A DNA stretch of 64,000 nucleotides from Cyanophora paradoxa CCMP329 (taxonomy: Eukaryota > Plantae > Glaucophyta). The notes below the pieces were generated by a model. It searched no databases and was not told where the DNA came from. It saw only the letters and a list, made by a program, of their open reading frames with translations. A program made the position numbers and the translations under genes. The stretch lies in NCBI GenBank assembly GCA_004431415.1, contig QPMI01000477.1, forward strand, positions 186,001 through 250,000. The letters run 5' to 3'. Below, one piece after another: positions 51,460 to 63,700 of this stretch (the stretch's first letter is position 1; each line of letters starts with the position of its first letter).

Positions 51460-52775
51460 ATGGAGGCCTTCGTCAGCGCTTCGCCCATCATTCGCCCGCG
51501 GGCCTGCGGCGCCCCGGCGGCAGTTCATGGGTTCAGCACTGCTTCCTCTTCGAGCTCCGCGCCGGCCCCGCGCGCCCAGCGGCGCGCCGACGCCCAGGCG
51601 TCGCTGGCGGCTTCCAAGAAGTCTCTCGTAGCCGGCTCGACCGCGGGCCGCACCTTCTTCGGCAGCCACGGCGTTGAGCAGCTCAACGGGAGCCCTGTGG
51701 CGTTCGAATCAGCCCCGGGCGCGCTCGTTATTCAGGCCAACCTCGTTGATCGATTCTTCCGGGTCGCGCGCGCCACCGTCAACCAGATTATTACAAAGGC
51801 GGAGGACCCCGAGAAGATGCTGGAACAGGCCGTGAACGAGATGCAGGACGACCTCATCAAAGTCCGGAAGGCGGCAGCGGAGGTGATTGCTGGCCAGAAG
51901 CAGACGGAGCGCCAGCTGCTGCAGGCGGAGAAGAACGCGCAGGAGTGGCTCAACCGCGCCCAGGTGCGTTTCTCAGCCCCGCGCGCACACCCCTCCCGCC
52001 GGAAAGCGCGCCTCGTATGACTGCACGTGCAGGTCGCTGTGAAGGCGGACAACGACGAGCTCGCGAAGGAGGCGCTGAAGCGGAAGAAGACGCAGGAGGA
52101 GCTCGCGGCGAGCCTGCGGGGGCAGCTGCAGCAGCAGCAGCAGGTCGCCGACCAGCTGAAGACGAACATGCAGACGCTCGAGGCCAAGCTCGCCGACGTG
52201 CGCGCCGCGCACGCCCCGCGCCGCGCCGCTCTTTCTCGCCTCCCTTCCTTTTCGAGCCGCGGCGCGCAGGCGAAGACGAAGAAGGACATGTACATCGCGC
52301 GGGCGCGCTCGGCGCAGACGCAGCAGAAGGTGAACGAGATGCTGGGGAGCGTGAGCTCGACGGGCGCGCTGCAGGCCTTCGAGCGCATGGAGGAGAAGGT
52401 CATCAAGATGGAGGCCGCCGTCGAGGCCGAGTCCCAGCTCTCCATCGACAGGTCCCTTTCCTTTCCCCTCCTTTCCTTCCCTCCTTCTTCTTCTTCTTCT
52501 GAGGCCCGCGGCAGCCTGGAGAAGCAGTTCCAGCAGCTCGAGTCCGGCACCACCGACGAGGATCTGATGAAGCTCAAGGGAGAGATGGGTGCGCCGGGCC
52601 ACCAGCCCCTTCCCGGCCCCTCACTCGCCCCGCACCCCGCTGAGCCGGCGCGCCCGCCCTCGGCGCAGGCATGCTCCCCGGTAACGTGGCGCCGAAGCAG
52701 CTGCCGCGGTCCGACGTGCCGCAGGACGCCCTTGACGTCGAGGTGCGGCGCATGAAGGAGGACCTCGGCAAGTGA
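51460..52775 (+). CDS. VIPP1: Plastid VIPP1/IM30 (PspA family) with transit peptide; exons 51460-51963, 52033-52197, 52270-52451, 52515-52588, 52669-52775
   Basis: Ser/Ala-rich presequence MEAFVSASPII..., then NLVDRFFRVARATVNQIITKAEDPEKMLEQAVNEMQDDL, ARARSAQTQQKVNEMLG, AFERMEEKV and DSLEKQFQQLE. VIPP1-type C-terminal helix DALDVEVRRMKEDL. All four introns are GT-AG and in phase. Confidence 0.95.
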
Positions 52776-53086
52776 CCGCCCCCCGGGTCAGGCGGCGCCC
52801 GCCCGCCTGCTCCGCCTTTGATTTGAAGAGTTTGATTTGCTTCAGCCCGCGCGGGGCTGCGCGTGATATCCGTCCATGCATCCGTAGCTCTAGCTCCAGG
52901 CGCCTCAGACCCGTTGGCGCGCTGAGCGTGTATTTCGAAGTGATTTGCAGATCTAGAGAAGCTTGCAGGAAGGTGGAGCCGCCAACTTGGGCATGACGGG
53001 AGCCCGGGCTAGGGGGGCACGACTTTATCTGAGAAGCGTGGGGGCGGCGGGGTCTGGGGCCCGGAGGTGCGCGGCGGGAGAGGGAA

Positions 53087-53118
<32 letters not shown>

Positions 53119-53160
53119 CGGGCGGAAGGGGGGGGGGGGGCGGGGGGGGGGGGGGGGGGC
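53087..53160 (+). repeat. Poly-G tract (G-quadruplex-prone)
   Basis: ~74 nt almost entirely G. Confidence 0.85.
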
Positions 53161-53817
53161 ATGGCGCGCGCAAGCAGCTGCTGTATACGTACTGGTTGAA
53201 TTACAAATGCCAATGCCCCCGGCCCGCGCCCGGCGGCCGGCCGGCTGGCACTGCTGCTGCATGTGCAGGCATTCAAATTTAAAGTTCGCATGTATATACG
53301 CACATGCACGTGCGCCCGGCCGGCGGCTGATCCGAGCCGCGGGCGCCGAGCCGGGCGGGGCCAAGCTGGGTTTCGGGCTGTTCTGGGTCCGACGGTCGGG
53401 GCGAGCCTCCGGGTCCGGCCCTCCTGCTTTTCCCCGCCTCTTCCTCTAAATCTAAAATCTCCTCTAAATCGCTCTGAATCTCCCGCGGCAGCCCGGCCGA
53501 TCGCTCTATAAATCTCCCGCGGCAGCCCGCCGGGCCGGCCCTGCCTTCGATCCCCCCGGCCCGATCCCCCCGGGCCGGCCCTCAATCCCCCTGGGAGCTC
53601 AAGCTGCATGTAGCGGCCCCCGCTTATATATTCATTGATGATTTAATTCTTCACTCGAGGTGTTTAGATTTTTAGACGTACTCCCCCTCTGGCTAGCTAG
53701 CCTAGTATATAGGATATTCTCAATATATATATCTTCCTCGGCTTCCCTTTCCTCTCGAGCTCGATCGACGAGATGTAGAACGCGCCATCAGCGCGCAGCT
53801 GCGCCCTGCGCGAAAAG

Positions 53818-56447
53818 ATGGTGCGCGCGCATGCGCGCACTCGAATTTCGCGCATTCACTAATTAATATTTCGCGCAGGCCGATCCAGGAACGGGCGAGC
53901 TGAATTTCGCCGAGCTTCATATTGGGGGCCTGCATCGTTCCACCACCGCACAGCAAATCGGAGAGGCCGTCTTGCGAGCCTTTCCTTTCGCGCGCCTCCG
54001 CAAAGTCGATCTGAACAACAACAAATTTTTCGCGTTCTTGATTGTCTCGCCGAGGACGGCCGCGGACCTGATGATCGGCAAGGCTCTGAGCATCAACGGC
54101 CGCACCATCACTATTAGGCCATCCAATCGAAGCCGCCCTCCGTTCTTCATTGACGACGATGAGCCGGAAGGCGAGTTCCGCGTCGCTCAGATTGCCGCGG
54201 GGTTCTACGACTCTCCCGACGGCTTCACCGCGCGATTCACGCTGCCGACGGAGGGCGCAGCCATCTCAGCGACCGTGAGGCTGCGCGGACAGAAATTAAA
54301 GCGCGGCGTTACTTTCGAAGGCTTTATGCCAGCCGGAAGCCTCTCCGGTCCAGGCCGCAAGCAGCGGACAGCGTTTCGGATGACCGCAACGTTCAAGGAT
54401 CTTATGGAGGTCTCCCTGGACAGCAGCTCCGCCGCCGTGTATTGGCTCCTCCACCGGCCTCCGCGCTTCTTCCGTCACCAGCCGGCATTATCCGCGTTGT
54501 TCGAGGGCATTTCGGGATTCAATTTAAATCATAACTGGAGTACATGGAGACCGGATGAGGAGAACGGCGCATGGTTTCGGACGGTCAACCCCTGGCTCAG
54601 CGCTGAACTTCAGGAATCCTATCTCGATTTCGACGACACGATTTGTGAGATCGACCCGTGGGCGACGGTCACCCGCGCGCAGGGGCCGCAGCTCCCTCTC
54701 GGCTTGTCCCTTGCCTGGCGCATAGGATTCTCAACGCCTTCCGAGGCGACAGCCTTCTTCAATCTCGTTCAGCGGGCTGTCCGCGACGTCTGCACCGCCC
54801 CGATGGCCGTTCCCGTCTCGAACTCGCCGCTCGCTCCGCGGATGACGAGCGGCTCCTTCATAGCGTCCTTCCACCGGCACGTCAGCGAGCACCGAGTGCC
54901 GTTCCGGACCGCCGTCGAGCTGCAGCGCCTCGTGACGGCGGGTCGGGTTGCTTTCGAGGGGATCTCGCGCTCGGCCTGGAGGGCCCTCGCCCTTCGCGAC
55001 GCCGACTCCGCTGCTCGCGCGCTCGTCCGCCTCTTCGGCACCGGTTATCCAATCTACTCGAAAGACTTCGGTGCGATTAACGCAAAATAAAGAGCTCGAT
55101 CTAGAGCTCGAAATTAAACGCAAACATAACGTGATAATTATGTAATTCTATTTAATGATGGGCATGCGCAATCAGAACAAAACTTCTTGGAAGCCCTGCG
55201 CGATGTCCAAGTTGCCAATGTCAGAACTCCAGTTGCTCCTGAGAGGGTGGAGGCGAGCCTACATCCGTTCGAATTCGTATTGCTGGCCTGATCATGCTCA
55301 TAATGTAATTATTTGATCCGCGCACCTGCAGGTCTGTCGGGTGCTCGTGACGCCTCTGCGTATCCTCGTTCTTGGCTTCGAACAAGAGGTCCGAACTATT
55401 TACTTTTGCCTGAATATTAATTCAACACATCAAAGCTTAAGAGACTGCGCGCGCCCAGGTCGGGAACCGAGTCGTTCGGTACTTTCGGGAGCGCAACGCC
55501 GAGGACTGCCTTGTTCGCGTTCAATTTGCAGACGAGCGCGGTAATAAGCTTCTCGGAAGCGCGGGTACGATTCTGGTACTCTAAAATTGCTGTCGCCCCA
55601 CGTACACATGCGCATGCACATGTTGATCGCGAGGGTGTAGAGATCATGATGGGGGACGTCTACGATCGCGTCAGAACCGTGATGACGCGCGGCCTGGAAG
55701 TGGCAGGGCGCAATTACCGATTCCTTGCCTTCAGGTGCGCATGCGATGCGCGGTGATGTCGATGTCGATCACGAGGCAAATTATATATATTATAATGAAG
55801 TGCTAATACTGAGCTTCTCGATCAGCTCTTCTCAAGTGAAAGAGCACGCGTGCTGGTTCATGCATGAGGATCCTTTGCGGCGCCTTACTGTACAGACGGT
55901 GTGGGACGCGATGGGGGATTTCTCTTCTGTGACTGTGATCGCCAAGTGCGCCCGCATCGATACACTTATATAATTATATTTGATTTCGAAGCTAACAGCT
56001 GGCTTATAATTAGGCACGCCGCGCGAATGGGCCAGTGCTTTTCCACGACCATCCCGTGCTCTCGGAAGCTGGCCCGTACTGAATTCAGGGAGATTCCCGA
56101 TGTGAACCGCAACGGGTACTGTTTCTCGGATGGCGTCGGCCGAGTCTCCCCTTCCTTTGCCGAGGAAGTGAGTCTACATGTCTTAATTAGCTTTGAATTC
56201 GAGACGCACGTGCCGGAATTAATTGCACAGCGCAGATGTTCAGTCGGTTCCGCCCGGAAAATGGAGGCGATCGCGAGCGTGATCGTGAGGAGTGCGTCCC
56301 CTCTGCATTTCAAATTCGCTTTTCCGGCTACAAGGTCGGTCATGATCGATTCTAAACGATGATAAAATAACTACTAACGACTTGCTTTGCAAGGGCGTCG
56401 TATCGGTTGACCCCCGGCTCGAGCGAACACTGGGAGCCAGAAATTAA
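53818..56447 (+). pseudogene. RDR: Eukaryotic RNA-dependent RNA polymerase (RDR1/2/6-like, N-terminal RRM), interrupted before the catalytic DLDGD
   Basis: RRM-like LHIGGLHRSTTAQQI...FAFL; RVLVTPLR; GNRVVR; VRVQFADE; GLEVAGRNYRFLAFSSSQVKEHACWF; MGDFS..AK.AARMGQCFSTT; IPDV..NGYCFSDGVG; PSAFQIRFSGYKGVVSVDP. A stop follows at 56445-56447, where repeat DNA begins. Confidence 0.88.
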
Positions 56448-56613
56448 GTTTACCATATGGTAAACTTAGGGGGTGGTAAAGGTGTGCCGTTTGCGTTACC
56501 ACACGGTAAAGTCAGGGTGGTAAAGTCAGGGTGGTAAAGTTGGGGTGGTAAAGTTGGGGTGGTAAAGTTGGGGTGGTAAAGTTGGGGTGGTAAAGTCAGG
56601 GTGGTAAAGTCAG
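56445..56613. mobile_element. Probable terminus of an inserted element: 24-bp perfect palindrome plus 14-bp tandem repeat
   Basis: TAAGTTTACCATATGGTAAACTTA (56445-56468), and GGTAAAGT(CA/TG)GGGT x~8 (56505-56613), which shares GGTAAA with the palindrome arm. Confidence 0.55.
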
Positions 56614-56865
56614 AGGGGTGAACTCGCAGCGTTACATCCCGGATCCCGCTGCTTTCCCATATCCATGCCAGCGCTGGTTTTCCGTGCATGCTGATATTAC
56701 ATGCATTTTACAACTTCCTCTCTATAGCTAGCTATAGCTACTGCAGAGCTAGCTATAGCTCGCGACGCATCGCTGCAGCGCCTGTAGCTAGCAAAAGGCA
56801 CGACACACAGCTGGACCTGTACATGTGGGTTTGCAAAGGCAATGGCCATGGTCCGATCGACGGTC

Positions 56866-59800
56866 AGCAGGGCCGGCCAATCGCAAATAGCGCGCTATCG
56901 GAAAGGAAGGGTGCACGGACCTCGAGATCTTCGATTCTAGATGAAAACGCTCTTGGCAGCTCTGCGGGAGACAACGCAGGCTGCAGTCAGCTGCAGATCG
57001 ATGAAAATGAAGATCGGAAAGCGCAATCCAACGCCTAAGCTTAAGAGCCCAGCCGGCAGCCCTGCCTGCTCGCTCACCTTCGAGCAGCAAGGCCGCCGGC
57101 AGACCCCACTGCTTGCTCACCTTCAAGCAGCAGGGCCAGCCAATTGCAAACAGCGCGCTATCGGAAAGGAAGGGTGCACGGACCTCGAGATCTTCGATTC
57201 TAGATGAAAACGCTCTTGACAGCTCTGCGGGAGACAACACAGGCTGCAGTCAGCTGCTGATTGATGAAAATGAAGATCGGAAAGCGCAATCCAACGCCTA
57301 AGCTTAAGAGCCCAGCCGGCAGCCCTGCCTGCTCGCTCACCTTCGAGCAGCAAGGCCGCCGGCAGACCCCACTGCTTGCTCACTTCAAGCAGCAGGGCCG
57401 GCCAATCGCAAATAGCGCGCTATCGGAAAGGAAGGGTGCACGGACCTCGAGATCTTCGATTCTAGATGAAAACGCTCTTGACAGCTCTGCGGGAGACAAC
57501 GCAGGCTGCAGTCAGCTGCAGATCGATGAAAATGAAGATCGGAAAGCGCAATCCAACGCCTAAGCTTAAGAGCCCAGCCGGCAGCCCTGCCTGCTCGCTC
57601 ACCTTCGAGCAGCAAGGCCGCCGGCAGACCCCACTGCTTGCTCACTTCAAGCAGCAGGGCCGGCCAATCGCAAATACTATGATAGCCCGCTATCGGAAAG
57701 GAAGGGTGCACGGACCTCGAGATCTTCTCGATTCTAGATGAAAACACTCTTGACAGCTCTGCGGGAGACAACGCAGGCTGCAGTCAGCTGCAGATCGATG
57801 AAAATGAAGATCGGAAAGCGCAATCCAACGCCTAAGCTTAAGAGCCCAGCCGGCAGCCCTGCCTGCTCGCTCACCTTCGAGCAGCAAGGCCGCCGGCAGA
57901 CCCCACTGCTTGCTCACTTCAAGCAGCAGGGCCGGCCAATCGCAAATACTATGATAGCCCGCTATCGGAAAGGAAGGGTGCACGGACCTCGAGATCTTCT
58001 CGATTCTAGATGAAAACACTCTTGACAGCTCTGCGGGAGACAACGCAGGCTGCAGTCAGCTGCAGATCGATGAAAATGAAGATCGGAAAGCGCAATCCAA
58101 CGCCTAAGCTTAAGAGCCCAGCCGGCAGCCCTGCCTGCTCGCTCACCTTCGAGCAGCAAGGCCACCGGCAGACCCCACTGCTTGCTCACCTTCAAGCAGC
58201 AGGGCCAGCCAATTGCAAACAGCGCGCTATCGGAAAGGAAGGGTGCACGGACCTCGAGATCTTCGATTCTAGATGAAAACGCTCTTGACAGCTCTGCGGG
58301 AGACAACACAGGCTGCAGTCAGCTGCAGATCGATGAAAATGAAGATCGGAAAGCGCAATCCAACGCCTAAGCTTAAGAGCCCAGCCGGCAGCCCTGCCTG
58401 CTCGCTCACCTTCGAGCAGCAAGGCCGCCGGCAGACCCCACTGCTTGCTCACCTTCGAGCAGCAGGGCCGGCCAATTGCAAACAGCGCGCTATCGGAAAG
58501 GAAGGGTGCACTGACCTCGAGGTCTTCGATTCTAGATGAAAACGCTCTTGACAGCTCTGCGGGAGACAACACAGGCTGCAGTCAGCTACAGATTGATGAA
58601 AATGAAGATCGGAAAGCGCAATCCAACGCCTAAGCTTAAGAGCCCAGCCGGCAGCCCTGCCTGCTCGCTCACCTTCGAGCAGCAAGGCCGCCGGCAGACC
58701 CCACTGCTTGCTCACCTTCAAGCAGCAGGGCCGGCCAATTGCAAACAGCGCGCTATCGGAAAGGAAGGGTGCACGGACCTCGAGATCTTCGATTCTAGAT
58801 GAAAACGCTCTTGACAGCTCTGCGGGAGACAACGCAGGCTGCAGTCAGCTGCAAATCGATGAGAATGAAGATCGGAAAGCGCAATCCAACGCCTAAACTT
58901 AAGAGCCCAGCCGGCAGCCCTGCCTGCTCGCTCACCTTCGAGCAGCAAGGCCGCCGGCAGACCCTACTGCTTGCTCACTTCAAGCAGCAGGGCCGGCCAA
59001 TCGCAAACAGCGCGCTATCGGAAAGGAAGGGTGCACGGACCTCGAGATCTTCGATTCTAGATGAAAACGCTCTTGACAGCTCTGCGGGAGACAACGCAGG
59101 CTGCAGTCAGCTGCAGATCGATGAAAATGAAGATCGGAAAGCGCAATCCAACGCCTAAGCTTAAGAGCCCAGCCAGCAGCCCCACCTGCTCGCTCACCTT
59201 CGAGCAGCAAGGCCGCCGGCAGACCCCACTGCTTGCTCACCTTCGAGCAGCAGGGCCGGCCAATTGCAAACAGCGCGCTATCGGAAAGGAAGGGTGCACG
59301 GACCTCGAGATCTTCGATTCTAGATGAAAACGCTCTTGACAGCTCTGCGGGAGACAACACAGGCTGCAGTCAGCTGCAGATTGATGAAAATGAAGATCGG
59401 AAAGCGCAATCCAACGCCTAAGCTTAAGAGCCCAGCCGGCAGCCCCACCTGCTCGCTCACCTTCGAGCAGCAAGGCCGGCGGCAGACCCCACTGCTTGCT
59501 CACCTTCAAGCAGCAGGGCCGGCCGATCGCAAATAGCGCGCTAGCACTATCGAAAATGAAGGGTGCACGGACCTCGAGATCTTCGATTCGAAAATTCTAG
59601 ATGAAAACGCTCTTGACAGCTCTGCGGGAGACAACACAGGCTGCAGTCAGCTGCAGATCGTTGATCATGAGAATGATCACTGAGTCATGAGGATCGGAAA
59701 GTGCAATCCAACGCCTAGGCCTACAGCGCGGGCCCATGGCCAGCCGCGGCCGGCAGCCCCGCCTGCTCGCTCACCTTCGAGCAGCAAGGCCGCCGGCACA

Positions 59801-60020
59801 CCCCGGCCCATGGCCAGTGCGCTCGCTCATGATCACCTTCATGATCAAGCAGCAGCTGCAGGGCCCGGGGCCGCGCGCGCACGACTGGCGCTTCGCTGGC
59901 GAAAAGCTTACGAAGTTAACGTTAAGGCCTAGGCCTAGGCCTAGGCCTAGGGCGCACCGTGGCACGGACCTCATCGAATGCTCATGATGGCTCTTGATCT
60001 GCAGGAGATGACACACAAGC
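56866..60020. repeat. Tandem satellite, 262-272-bp unit, ~11 copies plus a degenerate terminal copy
   Basis: Unit ...GCTATCGGAAAGGAAGGGTGCACGGACCTCGAGATCTTCGATTCTAGATGAAAAC... The ORF track recurs at offsets of 262/263/272. Confidence 0.97.
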
Positions 60021-60707
60021 AGCGGTCAGACAGCAGTAGACGCGCACGGCAGAAGCGCACCATGCATATGACCGTCGGACATTCAAACACCAACGTTCAC
60101 GTTGGTGCCGCAATCACTCGATGTTGCCGAAGTCTAGCTTATCATTGCTGATTCGTTTGAGGTTCTTCCGGAGCGGCAGCACAGCCAGCACGTCGCCACG
60201 CAGGGACGAGTACTGTACGTAGTACTGCGGTACCCCCCTGGCCCGCAGCTTGCTCATCACCTCATCTCTTCGCCATCTCTTCTCTCAACGATGTCAATGC
60301 GCTTGGACGGCCTTCTTAGCGTCAGGCGTAGGCCACGAGCTGGCGGGCTCGCCAGCAGCGGAAGGGGCGGCTCCGCTGCAGATCGGCGGCCGCGGGCCTC
60401 GCAACTGCAAGGTGCATGGAGCTCCTCGCTGCTCCCCTGTCCCGCCTGACTCGCGATCGTAAGCCGATGCAGGTCGCGAGGGTTGCTTCCCGCCTGACTC
60501 GTAAGCCGAAGGCGGGCGCGGCTGCGCTGCACTGCGCCGGGCCTGTTGCTTCGACGCCGAGCGCGCTCGGAGAGGTGCATGGAGCCTCCGCGCTGCCCTC
60601 CCGGCTCGTCTGACGCGAGGGAGCTGCAGTGGATCCAGCCGCGGACGCGGGCGCGGCTGCGCTGCACTGCGTCCGCGGCGGGCCTGTTGCTTCAAGGGCG
60701 AGCATGC

Positions 60708-63700
60708 TGTGCGAGGTGTTGAGCCTCTTCGCTGCGCCGCCAGCCCGCCTGGCTCAGAATTCGTCGCAGATCGCGTGCACGTGCTGGCGGGCTTGAGGGC
60801 GGGCGCGGCTCCGTTTCACTGAGGCGGGCCTGGTTCTTCGAGGCCGGACGCGGCCCGCGAGGTGCACTGAGCCTCTTCGCTGCGCCGCCGGCCCGCCCGG
60901 CTCAGAATTCGTCGCAGGTCGCGTGCTGGCGGGCTTGAGGGCGGGCGCAGCTCCGTTTCACCGAGGCGGGCCTGGTTCTTCGAGGGCGGACGCGGCCCGC
61001 GAGGTGCACTGAGCCTCTTCGCTGCGCCGCCGGCCCGCCCGGCTCAGAATTCGTCGCAGGTCGCGTGCTGGCGGGCTTGAGGGCGGGCGCGGGTCCGTTT
61101 CACTGAGGCGGGCCTGGTTCTTCGAGGCCGGACGCGGCCCGCGAGGTGCACTGAGCCTCTTCGCTGCGCCACCAGCCCGCCTGGCTCAGAATTCGTCGCA
61201 GATCGCGTGCACGTGCTGGCGGGCTTGAGGGCGGGCGCGGCTCCGTTTCACTGAGGTGGGCCTGGTTCTTCGAGGCCGGACGCGGCCCGCGAGGTGCACT
61301 GAGCCTCTTCGCTGCGCCGCCGGCCCGCCCGGCTCAGAATTCGTCGCAGGTCGCGTGCTGGCGGGCTTGAGGGCGGGCGCAGCTCCGTTTCACCGAGGTG
61401 GGCCTGGTTCTTCGAGGGCGGACGCGGCCCGCGAGGTGAACTGAGCCTCTTCGCTGCGCCGCCGGCCCGCCCGGCTCAGAATTCGTCGCAGGTCGCGTGC
61501 TGGCGGGCTTGAGGGCGGGCGCGGGTCCGTTTCACTGAGGTGGGCCTGGTTCTTTGAGGCCGGGCGCAGCTCGCGAGGTGCACTGAGCCTCTTCGCTGCG
61601 CCACCAGCCCGCCTGGCTCAGAATTCGTCGCAGGTCGCGTGCTGGCGGGCTTGAGGGCGGGCGCAGCTCCGTTTCACCGAGGTGGGCCTGGTTCTTCCGA
61701 GGGTGGACGCGGCCCGCGAGGTGCACTGAGCCTCTTCGCTGCGCCGCCGGCCCGCCCGGCTCAGAATTCGTCGCAGGTCGCGTGCTGGCGGGCTTGAGGG
61801 CGGGCGCAGCTCCGTTTCACCGAGGTGGGCCTGGTTCTTCGAGGGCGGACGCGGCCCGCGAGGTGCACTGAGCCTCTTCGCTGCGCCGCCGGCCCGCCCG
61901 GCTCAGAATTCGTCGCAGGTCGCGTGCTGGCGGGCTTGAGGGCGGGCGCGGGTCCGTTTCACCGAGGTGGGCCTGGTTCTTCGAGGGCGGACGCGGCCCG
62001 CGAGGTGAACTGAGCCTCTTCGCTGCGCTGCCGGCCCGCCCGGCTCAGAATTCGTCGCAGGTCGCGTGCTGGCGGGCTTGAGGGTGGGCGCAGCTCCGTT
62101 TCACCGAGGTGGGCCTGGTTCTTCGAGGGCGGACACGGGCCGCGAGGTGCACTGAGCCTCTTCGCTGCGCCGCCGGCCTGCCCGGCTCAGAATTCGTCGC
62201 AGGTCGCGTGCTGGCGGGCTTGAGGGCGGGCGCAGCTCCGTTTCACCGAGGCGGGCCTGGTTCTTCGAGGGCGGACGCGGCCCGCGAGGTGCACTGAGCC
62301 TCTTCGCTGCGCCGCCGGCCCGCCCGGCTCAGAATTCGTCGCAGGTCGCGTGCTGGCGGGCTTGAGGGCGGGCGCAGCTCCGTTTCACCGAGGTGGGCCT
62401 GGTTCTTCGAGGGTGGGCGCAGCTCGCGAGGTGCACTGAGCCTCTTCGCTGCGCCGCCGGCCCGCCCGGCTCAGAATTCGTCGCAGGTCGCGTGCTGGCG
62501 GGCTTGAGGGCGGGCGCAGCTCCGTTTCACTGAGGCGGGCCTGGTTCTTCGAGGGCGGACGCAGCCCGCGAGGTGCACTGAGCCTCTTCGCTGCGCCGCC
62601 GGCCCGCCCGGCTCAGAATTCGTCGCAGGTCGCGTGCTGGCGGGCTTGAGGGCGGGCGCGGGTCCGTTTCACTGAGGCGGGCCTGGTTCTTCGAGGGTGG
62701 ACGCAGCTCGCGAGGTGCACTGAGCCTCTTCGCTGCGCCGCCGGCCCGCCGGGCTCAGAATTCGTCGCAGGTCGCGTGCTGGCGGGCTTGAGGGCGGGCG
62801 CGGGTCCGTTTCACTGAGGCGGGCCTGGTTCTTCGAGGGTGGGCGCAGCCCGCGAGGTGCACTGAGCCTTTTCGCTGCGCTGCCGGCCCGCCCGGCTCAG
62901 AATTCGTCGCAGGTCGCGTGCTGGCGGGCTTGAGGGCGGGCGCGGGTCCGTTTCACTGAGGTGGGCCTGGTTCTTCGAGGCCGGACGCGGCCCGCGAGGT
63001 GCACTGAGCCTCTTCGCTGCGCCGCCGGCCCGCCCGGCTCAGAATTCGTCGCAGGTCGCGTGCTGGCGGGCTTGAGGGCGGGCGCGGGTCCGTTTCACTG
63101 AGGCGGGCCTGGTTCTTCGAGGGTGGACGCAGCTCGCGAGGTGCACTGAGCCTCTTCGCTGCGCCGCCGGCCCGCCGGGCTCAGAATTCGTCGCAGGTCG
63201 CGTGCTGGCGGGCTTGAGGGCGGGCGCAGCTCCGTTTCACTGAGGAGGGCCTGGTTCTTCGAGGGTGGGCGCAGCCCGCGAGGTGCACTGAGCCTTTTCG
63301 CTGCGCTGCCGGCCCGCCCGGCTCAGAATTCGTCGCAGGTCGCGTGCTGGCGGGCTTGAGGGCGGGCGCAGCTCCGTTTCACCGAGGTGGGCCTGGTTCT
63401 TCGAGGGTGGACACGGCCCGCGAGGTGCACTGAGCCTCTTCGCTGCGCCGCCGGCCTGCCCGGCTCAGAATTCGTCGCAGGTCGCGTGCTGGCGGGCTTG
63501 AGGGCGGGCGCGGGTCCGTTTCACCGAGGTGGGCCTGGTTCTTCGAGGGCGGACGCGGCCCGCGAGGTGCACTGAGCCTCTTCGCTGCGCCGCCGGCCCG
63601 CCCGGCTCAGAATTCGTCGCAGGTCGCGTGCTGGCGGGCTTGAGGGCGGGCGCAGCTCCGTTTCACTGAGGCGGGCCTGGTTCTTCGAGGGCGGACGCAG

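Noticed and set aside
53818-56447. Viral RdRP / endogenous virus
   Set aside because: The motifs are those of cellular RDRs and the gene has spliceosomal introns.
56505-56613. Telomeric repeat / de novo telomere
   Set aside because: The unit is a 14-mer GGTAAAGT(CA/TG)GGGT, not TTAGGG/TTTAGGG, and it is internal.
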